A stretch of DNA of 64,000 nt, from assembly GCF_006345805.1 (NCBI RefSeq), contig NC_043011.1, forward strand, positions 12,784,464 to 12,848,463, in the 5' to 3' direction. Below, piece by piece: positions 50,871 to 63,597 of the stretch. Source of the DNA: Octopus sinensis. Lineage: Eukaryota. The translations under genes were made by a program, and so were the position numbers. The notes beneath the pieces were generated by a model. The model saw nothing but the letters and a program-made list of their open reading frames with translations. It was not told the DNA's origin and searched no databases. How positions within the stretch are numbered: the first letter of the stretch is position 1; the number at the start of each line of letters is the position of its first letter.

Positions 50871-51019
50871 TATATTCCATATTTGGAAATTTATGAGAGT
50901 TGACTGTCATCGTAGATCAGCCTTTTCTTTAACTGAACATCTTGGGCAAAATTCAGTTCAAGATAGATAAACGCATTTATCTTCAGAATTCTTTCTCTTT
51001 CTATGCAGCATTTGGCAGA

Positions 51020-51025
51020 GTTAAC

Positions 51026-51098
<73 letters not shown>

Positions 51099-51206
51099 CT
51101 CTCCCCGTCTCTCTCTCTCTCCCGTCTCTCTCTCTCTCTCATCCGACACCTTACCAGAGGAACATACCTCTCTCTCTCTCTCCCCGTCTCTCTCTCTGTC
51201 TCTCTG

Positions 51207-51239
<33 letters not shown>

Positions 51240-51344
51240 TCCGACACCTTACCAGAGGAACATACCTCTCTCTCTCTCACACACACACTCTCTCCCCATC
51301 TCTCTCTCTCTCTGTCTCTCTGTCTGTCTCTGTCTGTCTGTCTG

Positions 51345-51378
<34 letters not shown>

Positions 51379-51425
51379 TCCCTCTCTCTCTCTCATCCGA
51401 CACCTTACCAGAGGAACATGCCGCT
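51020..51425. repeat. (CT)n field with three embedded copies of a ~29-bp unit
   Basis: CATCCGACACCTTACCAGAGGAACAT at ~51140, 51238 and 51394. Confidence 0.9.
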
Positions 51426-53430
51426 CTCTTTTGTCTGGTACTTCGGCGAATGAACATGTCTACCTCTTTCTAGCATTTACATCTGATATAGATATTACCA
51501 AAAGTATGCTAGCCTTGTCGTTATTAATATTCTCTTACCACTTGTAAAACAGCGACTGCTACAACTTTATGTACTCTTCCTAACGACGAACTGTAACGGA
51601 TAAATAGAATCTGTAAGAATTTCCTTTTTCCTTCTGTTCATCGATTTGGTGCTGCATATCACACTGTTCCGTGGAGTTTTAACTAACCTGCTATCAATAC
51701 TAATAACCACTGCATCCGTTACATCTATCAGTAACCTATACCTGTTACATTTGGTGACCTGAAGTCTATTATCCATCCTACCGAACCGCGTTTAAGAGCA
51801 GCATATTTATCGCATTTATCTCTAACATCAACCACAAACCTCGCAGTACTACATCAAGTAATTAGCTGCATTACATCTCACCTCAATTAAAATAAACTAA
51901 ACTAATCTACTATCAGGGAAAACAATTTTGTCATGTTTCAAAAATCATAGAAAAAAAAAGACAAACACAAAATGGGAATACACCACTTAGACTCTTTCCT
52001 CTCAACCGGTACTTAGAATGTACCAGGGAAATATAAGAACTTAAAAGCCTTTGGGCCAAACAAAACCACTAATATAGGTCTAAAACAACCAGGGCCTAGC
52101 CCTAAATGTTTTAGGAATTACACTCACCAACAACTTTTACTGTTCGTACTAACATTGTCAAATCCCCAGAATTTAGAAGCTGGACAAAATCCCAGGGGAA
52201 GCAACCCACCCTTAAAAATTCCAGAAGGGCTGATCCTTGACATATCAATCCATGCAAACCCCTCTCTAGATTACAACATCACTACAAACAACCACCACAA
52301 TACGATGAAACTAACATAGAAAATATATGTGATGACTCAAACAAACAAAAATTTTCCGCTCAAACCATTCTGTCATTAACGCAGAAAGAGACTTTGGTAT
52401 TTGTTCTGCCCCTTTACGTTATGGGTTCAAAACCTCCTGAGGTCAATTTTCCAGGGTCGATAAAGATCTGGTCGATATAATCGATTAAGCTCTCTCTATA
52501 TATAAATTTGTAGCTTTGTGCCTATGTTAGAGACGATACTAAAAGACATGCAAATATAATTTGTATACAGTTTAGAATAACAATGATCTGGCTATGACAT
52601 TATGATGCTAATGCTGACCTTATTAATTTGCGAACTGATGATACAATGCGAAAGAAATCTAAAAATCTCATTTCCAAACTTGTTATACGTCAATATATCA
52701 ACTGATAACGTGACTTAAAACATAAGAAAAATACTACAAACTGATATGGCTATTTGACTTTTGCTATTAATCTGAGTTGACGTGTTGCAGAGAGAGGTTG
52801 GGGAGAAGGAGAGGAGGAAGAGAGAGACACAGTGAGAGACGCCGCTTAAAAATGTGAAAATAATGTAATTCAGATCATTTGCATTATTCCAAATTATCAT
52901 CAATTTATTAGTTTCCTATAAAGCAAAAGATGATAGCATTATGCAGAATGCTGTTCGAAAGAAGATCTGCTTTGATGGCTGAATACAAAGCAGCAATTAA
53001 ATTGAGTGTAATTGCGGCTTTTGAAAGAAATAAATATTAATACGAGCATATGAGAGTCATAACGTGGTTGCTTGACTTGCTAGAAAGAACAACCACCAAC
53101 TCTTGTTCAAATCACTTCCGATCGTCTTTAAAAACGAAGAATTGTATTCGTGTGTGTGTGTATAAACAGAACAGTCACGGTTGGATCGCCTTTCATTCTA
53201 GGTCTGGTCAATCAGGGCTGACTCGAGGTGTAAGCAACGTTAATATGATTATCATTTTTAGTCTTATCTATTGCTATGGATTTGTGGAGCTCATCTAGTC
53301 GTTCGGTCATGAACCTGAACTGAGCTACACATCTATTTCAGATATTAAATTTGAAATGTCTGTAGCAAGATTCGAAACCGAATCAAAAAATTGTCAAGTT
53401 AAAAGCACAGCATAGCAGCAGAGGCTTGTT

Positions 53431-53487
53431 CACATGAGCGGCTGAGTTATGGACCAATCAGCAGACAGACATCACGTGATCGATCAT
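53431..53487. promoter_or_regulatory. Candidate core-promoter motif cluster (E-box, CCAAT, TCACGTGA)
   Basis: CACATG 53431-36, CCAAT 53454-58, palindromic ATCACGTGAT 53471-80, in unique CpG-retaining DNA. Confidence 0.3.
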
Positions 53488-54049
53488 TCGAGATCCTTCT
53501 GAAATGCCCCTGTACAAGGGTCATAAACAGACATGATTTTAGCACCAGCTTCGCGAACCTGGTGTAATGTCTGCACTTTTGTCAGACATATCCGTGCAGA
53601 GACCGGAACGATTCATTCATTTGCTGCTTTTAAAACGTCGCTCTGATGGCTATTTAGTCAACCTTGTAGAAAGCAACTACGGTTCGCTGTTATGAACACA
53701 GCGTGGTACGTTTTCTCCTGTCTTGGCAGCTTATTAACAAAATTATTCTTCCCAGTGTGTTGATTTCGTTGTTGCAATTTCTAATTCACGACCAGCATGA
53801 GAATTATTTCTGTTGTAAAATAAAAGCTACAACTAATTTGTTCGCGAGATGTTGCATCATTTACGTGCGGCCATCTTTGCGACATGTCCATAAAAAAACG
53901 AGCATAACAAGTCAGTCATTGTTAAAAGTTTGTATTGAGCGCCAATTGTCATAATAATGTAAATCTTGTATCAAATTATATTGGAATGGTACTTAACGAA
54001 TAAGTAACTAACTCTTTTAGCATATAAAAGAAGGCCAAATTAAATCAAA

Positions 54050-54320
54050 CTAGCACTATGACCCGGCAACGCTGGCATTCAATTGGCGTATCAAGTTTCG
54101 GGCATTTTGATTGGGTTTCGGATAGAAAATTCACAAAAAAAAAGTCACTTCTATTGATTTTTAATGGCTTTGCGGGGTGACTGGGGAAATGTAAAGATGT
54201 GTACGACCACCTTTGGACGGTTTTGAATGACCATAAAAAGTGGAAGCCCTCTAACTGAAAAATTGTGGCTTTGTATAAAGGACACACGCGCAGACATTCT
54301 GCCGTTTATATATATAGAGA
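54050..54320 (-). mobile_element. Non-autonomous Helitron-like element
   Basis: Minus strand A|TC...half-hairpin GCGTTGCCGGGTCATAGTG-CTAG|T. Canonical TC/CTAG ends in an AT target, no TSD. Confidence 0.8.
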
Positions 54321-55229
54321 TAAATCAAGACATGAATTGTAGTCAAAGTATATGAAAGGAGAGAGTATATTTTTCGACACTGTATAAAATTCGGATTCTA
54401 TTGACAAAGAATTCTGTTGATATCATCGATATAAAATATGAAATCTATCGATCTGCAGCTTAAACTTCGATATATCTAAGAAACTCACAAGAGAGATGAG
54501 TAGTAGTAGACCTTCAAAGGAGAAACCTCTCCTCAAGCGAGTGTTTCGGCCCTGAACTCCTTATCCCTTAAGGAGAGAGGCAGGCCGCATCCTGGTCATG
54601 ACCCCTGGATGCCCTGCTGCTGACAATTTTTTAGCCACTTGGATATCGGACACTTGTGCCTTGAAACTGCTTGGAGATTTCATTTAGTTGGAACTCCTCT
54701 CCATTGAGTCAGTTAGCGGTGAAACTTCAATTCTATCGCAACGACTCACTCAGAGTTACTTCCCTTAGCTTTAAAATACAAAAATTTTGAATCTCCAATC
54801 TTGTTTAATGTATCTGACTCTTCAGTCAAGAATTTGTTGAAAGATTTAAAGTTAATTCTAAAACCATTTCCCCAATAACTGGTATTAGTTTAACTCCATG
54901 GCAACCTTTGAGGTTTCCAAATGTAAATCATTTGCTTTCTTGCTGTTCATGAATGTTAATGTTGGTTATACAAAACATAAAATATTCTCTCTGTCCAAAA
55001 TATCTAATCAACCCTAGCCCACGTGATTCAATTATACATTTTAAATAACGAAAGTGTATGTTTCAAACATCTAGGTACATTGTTTTGCCCAAAACATTCT
55101 CGACATCAGCAACAAAATAATTTGCGCATTAAAATCTCAGACATATGCTATGTCTATTGTAATTTCTGGTTTCAAGGTTTTATGCTTTCTCAGTTTTTCT
55201 TCGTTATCATCACATACAGAACCTGCATA

Positions 55230-55615
55230 TTCTTTTACTTGTTTCAGTCATTTGACTGCGGCCATGCTGGAGCACCACCTTTAATCAAGCAGATCAACCG
55301 CAGAACTTATTCTTTGTAAGCCTAGTACTTATTCTATCGGTCTCTTTTGCCGAACCGCTAGATTAAAGAGACGTAAACACACCAGCATCGATTGTCAAGT
55401 GATGTTGGGGGACACAGACACACAAACATATACACACGCACACATTATATATATATATACGGCAGGCTTCTTTCAGTTTACAAATCCACTCACAAGGCTT
55501 TGGTTGGCTCAAGGCTATAGTAGAAGACACTTGCCCAAGGTACCATGCAGTAGGACTGAACCTGGTACCATGTGGCTGGCAAGGAAGCTACTTGCCACAC
55601 AGCCACTCCAGCGCA
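55230..55615 (-). mobile_element. SINE family A
   Basis: Diagnostic blocks. Further pieces at 56215-56380 (+), 56800-57010 and 58075-58235 (-). Confidence 0.85.
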
Positions 55616-56475
55616 TTCTGTACATAATCTATTTGTTTATTTGCCGTTATTTGGACAATTCAATAGAATCTCTGTAAGTCGTTTCCTAAAAAAAAAAAAT
55701 CATAAATAATCTAGTTTATTCTAGTTTTTTAGAAACTTAGTCTGTCGGCATTTATTCAAGAAAATGAAACTAAACAATAAAAAGAAATTAAGCTACAAAC
55801 ACTCACACACACACACACACACTGTTTCATTGTTTTTGTTGTATGGATTCACCTGAGTTATATTCCTGACTAATAATTCAATTTAATCTATGTTTAATCA
55901 TATGGGAAAAAACAAAGTAACTTTTCATGTCAGATTGTTCAGAAAACATTATGAGATACGTAGTTTGCCTCTAGTGGTGAATTTGCCATTAAAAGAAACA
56001 GATTCTCATCTTGGTTAAAAAAAACCAATTAACACTGAACTAACTCATACTCTATTTTCCCATCATTTATAATCAAAGTCTCTGCGGAAGAATACTAACA
56101 AGTTTTTTAATGACCAAAACCACTTCTATAGCCAGACTATAGTCTACTGAATTTGTCCCAAGTGTATTAGTAAGGATTTGAATTCTGAAGACACAAGTTC
56201 TATTTCTAAAGATAGGAGCAGGCGTAGCTGCGTAGTAAGAAGCTTGCTTCCCAACCACATGGTTCCGGGTTCAGTCCCTCTACGTAGAACCTCTGGCAAG
56301 TGTCTTCTACTATAGCCTTGGGTCAACCAAAGCCTTGTGAGTAGATTTGGTAGACGGACACTGAAAGAAGGCCGCCTAGTCAAATTAAATAAGCGAACAT
56401 TAAAAATAACAATACAATCAACAAGAGGATGTGCACATGGAATGTATTAGTTTGACGCTCGGTGAGAAGAGAGAG

Positions 56476-56510
56476 TTTTTGACGTTTCGAGCATAGCTCC
56501 TCGTCGGACG
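56476..56510 (-). ncRNA. Minimal HHR-like motif, U4C variant
   Basis: CCGACGA-G-GAGC-TAT-GCTC-GAAAC-GTC^AAAA. ACGT palindrome and GUC retained, stem I weak. Confidence 0.45.
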
Positions 56511-56638
56511 GAAAGGAAAGCGGAAACGTCTGAAGAAGTAAAAAGAACACCAACAGCACGTGTGCAGTTACAAGGGACCGAAAGTGAAAAGAGATAGAAA
56601 AAGTGTTTTAGGGAGATAATAGAGCGCAATGATGGTCA

Positions 56639-56673
<35 letters not shown>

Positions 56674-57244
56674 TATATTTGAGTGATGTATGTATAAGAG
56701 TGATATATGTATAAGAGAATAATAAACAGGTGAGTGGTTGGGTTCGATTCGGTCGAGGGAGGTGACAAATGAGGTGGAAAGTGTATATGTTTGCATGTGT
56801 CCGTTTGTCCCCCCACTGCTCAATAACCGGTGTTGGTGTGGTTACATCCCCGTAACTTAGCAGTTCGGCAAAAGACCGATGCTGGAGCACCACCTTAAAG
56901 GGGTTTTAGTCGAAAAAAATCGTCTCCAGGACTTATTCTTTGTAAGCCTAGTACTAACTCTATCGGTCTCTTTTGGCGAACCGCTAATATACGGAGACAT
57001 AAACACAGACACAAAGACACGCACACACAATAAAATAAGAAAAGAGAAAGAATAAGAAAATACGGGAGTGGTATGACAGTAGTAAGATGTTGGAATCCTC
57101 TTAAAATTGACCAAGTGAACTAAAAGTGACCCGTTGTAATAGCAGTAATTGGAATCGTTCTGAATAAATTCATCGATAGTAACTGTTCTGAATATATCGT
57201 TTTTAGTATTTGCGTGGGTATTATTCTAAGGCCCATGTAGTAGT

Positions 57245-57830
57245 GTCATTTCTGATAAAATATGACTGCTAATGCGCTAACTACAAGTTGCATCGTTCTT
57301 GAATTTATAGAGGGGAAAAATTCTGGAACTGGGTTGTTAGTGTAGCAAATGTCGATATGTTCGCTGAAAGCTATTTTTCTGTATTCCCGAATTTTCATCT
57401 GGGATCTATGTAGAGCCATTCTTTGGTGTAGACTGCTTTTGGTTTGGCCTATGTATTGCTCTCGATACTTTGAGCAAGTTGATACATATATTAGGTTTTC
57501 CGTGGCACACGTGAAGTTGTTTTTCGCTGTAAAATGTTGACCCTGTTTGAAAGAGAACTCCGATCCCTTAATTAGGTTGACGCATATACCAGTTAGGTCT
57601 TACGCATTTTTTTACTGACGGCTTCAGTGTTGTTGTCGAGTGTACTTGGGCTTGTGTTAGGAGACTTTTCATAGATTTGGGTTGTCTTTTGCTCTTTATG
57701 ATGGTGTGCGTTTGGAGGATTAAATTCATTCTGTGGTCCCTTTTTAGTAGGGGAATGTTATGTTCTGGAGGATGGTGTCGAAGGCTTCATTCTTAAGGGG
57801 GTTATGTGTGGAGATGTTTGGAAATATTTG
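57245..57830 (-). mobile_element. Penelope-like element C-terminus with GIY-YIG endonuclease remnant
   Basis: IIKSKRQPKSMKSLLTQA; then an open frame ~57600-57245: NNFTCATENLIYVSTCSKYREQYIGQTKSSLHQRMALHRSQ (LIY-x-YIG-T..R..H pattern). Confidence 0.85.
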
Positions 57831-58291
57831 GAAAAAAAAACCCATTTCATTTAATTTTTCCACAGTCTGTTTTTTATGCTTTACTCTAATTTGAAAAAAG
57901 ACTGGAGCCGGTACTAAAATATTATTCATGATAAAATTATTTTAGCATTTTCTACCTTGTCTTATTTTCCTTATATATATATTTCCATGCTTTTGTTTTT
58001 TATATTCTCGTTTTTCATTTTGTTCACGTTTTTTTTAACGTCCTGTGCCCATATATGCATGTATATGTGTGTGTATATACGACGAGCTTCTTTCAGTTTC
58101 GTCAACCAAATCCACTTACAAGGCTTTTGTCGGTCCGAAGTTATAGTAGGAGATACCTGTCTAAGGTGCAACGCAGCGGGACTGAACCCCTGGTTGGGAA
58201 GCAAGCTGTTTACCACACAGCCACGCCTGCGCCTATATATATGTATGTGTATATATACATGTGTGTGTGTGTGTGTGTGTATCGTGAAGTT

Positions 58292-58493
58292 ATATTTGCC
58301 ACCTAAATGTGGCTAACCCTTAAGGGTTGATGTTACTGTAGCATGTTGCCCTAGGAAGACATCTCCAGTATTTGCAAATACTGACAGGGCACAGAAAGTG
58401 TGTCAATAGCCAGCTGGAGGAGATGTCTTCCTAGGGCAACATGCTACAGTAACATCAACCCTTAAGGGTTAGCCACATTTAGGTGGCAAATAT
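58292..58493. repeat. Perfect inverted repeat, 75-bp arms with 52-bp spacer
   Basis: 58292-58366 is the reverse complement of 58419-58493. Confidence 0.95.
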
Positions 58494-58547
58494 GCTTCAT
58501 GGTGTTGTGCTGCCACTGCTTATACTTCGCTCAGAGATTTATTATTG

Positions 58548-58599
<52 letters not shown>

Positions 58600-58600
<1 letters not shown>

Positions 58601-60270
58601 CCATTCAAAGGAGTTTATTCCTGAAAAATGGAGCACATAGAGCTCTAAAATGTGGGAGTTAAGGCCTTATTAGGGGGTCTTAAAGTCAACCAGAGATTTT
58701 GAATTGTTCGGAATCTCTTTTAACTTGTGTCTGATATTTATTGTTGAAATTTCTTTGAAATCGGAAATATATGAATATTCATTGGGTTTGAAAAAAGAGA
58801 GCAAAGGTAGAGGAAACCAAAAGACGAATGGTCACAATAAGCAATCGGCTACCCTACCCTAGTCGTTACCACTCCCCAATGTAGGATTCTTCGCCATTAC
58901 AGGTGATCGGCACAGCCGTAAGATGCATTACGTATCTATAGCAATTGGAAGGGCGTGTCCCAACTCAAATAAACATTAACAATTGTGTGACACGAGGGCT
59001 GAGGGGAAATGAAAGTGTCGCCTCTGGAGTTTGCCAATGATCACTATGCCGATAGGTAACTGAACAGAATAAATTTGCAATCTATAAATCTCTTTGAATG
59101 ACCAATCACTTATTTGGAAAGGGCTTGAAATCAAAGTTACCATCTGGGGACTATCTCTGACCCAGTGATATTAAAAACACTCAAAGTAGGTCTGTAACCA
59201 AATAACTTTACTCAAAATAACACTTTGCAACTGAACCAGTGGAGGCAAAGATGCCTCTCCTTTACTTGACAATTTATGCACCACATTGCAGAAATCACAA
59301 TCTAAGTAAATGTCAAAGCAAACTCTTACACTGTTGTACCATTGAATTACAAATAACGCTCATCTTGTATTCTCGTGTGACTCAACAACTTCCAAGACTA
59401 CAATTGTATTCGTATTGCCTTAGGAAAAATAACTAAATTGTGGTGATTAAACTCCCATTAAAGGGTCTTACTAACCTCCTAAGAAGGAATATTCATTTAT
59501 GTCAAATATCTATCGTTAAAATTTCATCAACAGCAAAAATATATGAATTTTCATGGGGGTTATGGCTTCATTTATGGCCCCACACTTTCAAACATATATT
59601 GTATTACATCTGCCCTTATGCATAGAATATAATTTCCAAATTTCATAAAGATCCATTCAGTACTTTTGACCTAGTTTTGGATCATAAAAAATGACTAAAA
59701 TTTGGAAGTTAAGGCCCCCATGAGGGGGTCTTAGAATCCTCACGAGAAGCGAAACTTTGGGAATACTTCTTGACTTGTGTGAATTACCTATTGTTGAAAT
59801 TTCATCATCATCAAAAATTTATTAATTTTCCTGGGGGGTTCTTCCCCCTTTAACCCATCTCACATTCAAACCAAACATACTACATTATACCCGCGCTTAT
59901 GCATTGAATCTAAGTTTCAAATATAAGGATCCGTTCAGTAATATTGGTCCATGAAAAATGACTAAAATTTGGGGCCTAAGCCCCCCCCCCCCCGGGGTGT
60001 GTCTTAGAATCATATAAAGAAATGGACATTTTACGTATATTCTTTTATTTATTTCTAATACTGATGGTTCGAATTTCATCAAAATCCGAAGCATATGAAT
60101 GTTCACGGGGGAGGGTGGTTCTGCCCCCTTTATGCCCTTAAAATTATATGAAACATACGGCATTACCCTTCTCCCTAGGCTTGAATTTTGTGTTCCATAT
60201 TTCATTAGAATCGGTCCAGTAGTTTCCGTGTCACACGAACATACAGACATTCACTTCTATATAATAGACT
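58600..60270 (-). mobile_element. Helitron/DINE-like non-autonomous element with internal subrepeats
   Basis: 5' TCTATTATATAGAAGTGAATGTCTGTATG..ACTACTGGACCGATTCTAATGAAA. Related blocks (AAAAATGACTAAAATTTGG..GGGGTCTTA..TTGAAATTTC) at ~58600-58790, 59610-59830 and 59900-60100. Confidence 0.5.
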
Positions 60271-60974
60271 TCCACACACACGCACACATTATTACCTACT
60301 TGAATTTTTTCTTATTAATATTCTCTAATATTCTTCATATGTTCCATGTTATCTTTGTCGGTAAATATTGTTAATTAATGAATTAATTCTTTCATAGAGA
60401 TAAATATTGGAAACAAATATAAAAAAGAAATCTTGTCTGGAACATTATCTCGGAAGGCGCAACACACAAAGTTAGAAATAACAGCCCCGGCATTTTCTAT
60501 CCAAAAATATTTTTCATCACCCAGTATTTGTGTGTTATTATTTATAACTTTGTGTTGTGTGCCTCGGGAGTTAATGTTCCAAAAAAAGAATTATTTCATT
60601 TTCTCTCGAATGCTTATAAAATTCTTATGACATCAAAAACGTAGATCAGAAAATGGATAAGCTTATTCATAAATCCTCTCAGAAACAGTTCCTGAAAAAT
60701 ATTATTCAATATCTCTCGTAACCAGACCTCTAGAGTTCAAGCTGAAGAACTTAGAAATGACATTTTGATAGCTTCCAATATAAAATCTATAATTTCATAT
60801 AGTATTAAAGATTAACTGTGATTTATCTGTGTCAAAATAGTTCACTTATAAGGATGGGGAAATCTTTGTAATAAAGAAAGGTTAATACGCAAATTATTTG
60901 ATGAGTTTAACTCGGTAATTTCAATAACAATTTATACATTTTACCGACATCAAACAATGCGAAAGCTCTATATA

Positions 60975-61175
60975 TATTTCTTTATAGCCCACAAAGGGCT
61001 AAACATAGAGGGAACAAACACATACAGACAAACGGATTAAGTCGATTACATCGACCCCGAAAAGGATGAAAGGCAAAGTCGACCTCGGCGGAATTTGAAC
61101 TCAGAACGTAACGACAGACGAAATACCACTAAGCATTTCGCCCGACAGGCTAACGTGTCTGCCAGCTCGCCGCCT
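60975..61175 (-). mobile_element. SINE family B with 17-bp TSD and an internal deletion
   Basis: TSD TGCGAAAGCTCTATATA at 60958-60974 and 61176-61192. Confidence 0.9.
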
Positions 61176-62879
61176 TGCGAAAGCTCTATATAGTTGATGG
61201 TTTTCCATTTTAGTTTTAGGGTAAATTGTATTAAATACATCTGTCGCGATATGTGAGTTGGTGGTTTGTTCACTATTGTCGCTGTGATTTTAGTGTAAGT
61301 TTATTGTAGATTAAACTGGGATGCGTGTGTTGTAAACAGGAACGGAACTCGCGGACGTTTTATAATATATTTATTTCGGGAAAGGCTGTACATATATGCA
61401 TAAATTTTCACATATACACGGAGAGCCTTAGGATATAAGGATTCTAACTTTCATAGTGCCTAAATTCTGCAGTCATTAATTCACTCTAGAGACAATAACG
61501 AAATGATTTTGAATGAAAATCGTAATGCGAGTTTATCCGAATCTGCTAACATTTCTGGTTTGCTTTGGGCAAAAGTGAAATAGCATGTCTTTAACTGTGC
61601 TATTAATATTCTTGGAGCGAGAGACAAGAAGATGTTAGTCCGCCGAATCTTGCTAAAGTTCTGCTCTGGTCTAGCTTCTTTGTGGCGAGAGGTGAGATAT
61701 GTGCACCTAGGTTGCTCTCAACGTCTGCTCAGACACTTGGCGCCAAACTGCTTATAACTTGACAAAAGGGTGCAAATCTCAAGGACGTTTGAGATGTGTG
61801 GTCCGTTCGTGGCACTAGCCTGGTTACTAGGTCCTGCTACACATTCGTTCCCAATGTACTCGAAAACAAATCTATATTAGAGTAACAAGGTATTTCAGTG
61901 GCTTTACAACTTAACTTTAAGTAATCGACGTTTCCACTTAAAAACAAAATATTTAAAATTTCATTCACGAAAATATGCTATTTATTAAGGAATAGAGAAA
62001 TTAATTAAGTTTTAATTAAGGAATAGAGAAATCCACTCGTTTATCTTGATAAAGTGTTTTACTACTAAATCACCATTTTTGTATCAACATGTTTTAGAGC
62101 AGTGAAGAATCAGAAGATTGAAGTTTTCGGTTCTCTTTTCCTCAAGTCTTGGCTACTTTTTCGCAGTTACAACGTTCTATTTCTTTGTTTATTTCGATGT
62201 ACCTTAAAAAGATTTCCCCGTAGTCCATCATTCATATTATACAGGTATATTGTCGTAATTTAATCACCCAGTTTAGTTTCTTTTTATTCGAATAAATTGT
62301 GTGAACAGCGCCCCATCGAGCAGGCCTAGGATCAAATTCGTTCTGTTAACACTGTTTTGATTTCATTCACAATATCTGCAAGACATCTTGTAATGTGTCT
62401 TACTTTCTTTTAAGATGGTAGGGTGTGATTTGAGGGAGATTTAACTATTTCTTTCAATTCATTAGCCATATTGACTCAAGATAAAGGAAGGATTTATTTT
62501 TCTGAGCAGTTAGCTGCATAAAGAGAAATAATGTAATTTGCTATAAAAACTATTCTTTTTTTTTAAGTAGGTGCAATTGCTTCTTGTCCGTGAAGTTTTT
62601 ACTGTCCGTCTCGCAGAAAAAGCTGTAAACTATGTAGATTTTCATATCAGAACAACATGGAACAAAATGTGAACTGATGCAATTAATATGGTTTTGAAGA
62701 TTATGGGTGAATGTGCAATTAGGTAGTCGTCACTGAACGTCGCTGATAGGTTCTTGAGAGGTGTGGCTTTAACTGAAACGACGTAAAGTGAAACCAATAG
62801 TAGCATAGGTTCAATGATATCAACAAGGGTTACATTCTTTCAGCATATTCCACGTTACGAAAACATCAACAAACTTATG

Positions 62880-63130
62880 AGTAAAAGCTTAAAACCCTGC
62901 GCCTGCCCCTACACGTGGGCAGCAGCGCTACTTTATCTGAACGTAGAATAGTGGTGGATTGTGATGCCGCCTCTTCTTTGGTGGCAAACCTCACCTCCAC
63001 TGTGCCGTATTTTCTTCCTCTGCTCACAAACGTTGCTTTTTCATTAAGGCTCACAGACCCGTTTGTATGTGACCCCGATCATGTTGTGTTGTCTCCTCTA
63101 TGTTGGCCCGCATGGGTAATAAAAAAACAG
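62880..63130 (-). mobile_element. Probable LINE ORF1 remnant (L1/Tx1-like)
   Basis: FVSRGRKYGTVEVRFATKEEAASQSTTILRSDKVALLPTCRGRR resembles cephalopod LINE ORF1-like sequence recalled from memory. Not verified. Confidence 0.4.
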
Positions 63131-63186
63131 ATCCCAAAACCTAATTAGTTCGTGCCAATCACGAGGCCAAATGTCTATGAAAGTTT

Positions 63187-63597
63187 GGATCTTTTTGGTT
63201 TGAACGGCAGTTTTTAATATAATTTCTAGATAGCTAAAAAAATTTAAACTTCGTATACTGGTAGAATGTGTTTATAAAACATCTTTTTCTCTTGGCTTTA
63301 TTGAGAAAATTCTATAGTTTGTAAGATATTTGTTGTTGTTTTTCTTCAATTTCTGCAATTTCAACCAATCAATGACGTCTATTGAGGTGAGAAAGCATTC
63401 TGTGCCGTATGAATATGTCCCTCGTTTAAGAAACAGATTGGGTTTATTTACATTTGTGAAGAAAAAAAGATACCCTTTCTCCTAACCCTAACCCTAAAAC
63501 AGATTGAAATGCAATAGATCGATACTAGGGTCATAATTATGGGTGACAATTTCATATGACACCGCTAGAAAAACTGCCGTTCAAACCGAAAAGATCC
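63187..63597 (+). mobile_element. GGATC-TIR MITE (copy 4)
   Basis: Perfect 8-bp TSD GAAAGTTT (63179-63186 / 63598-63605). Confidence 0.92.
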
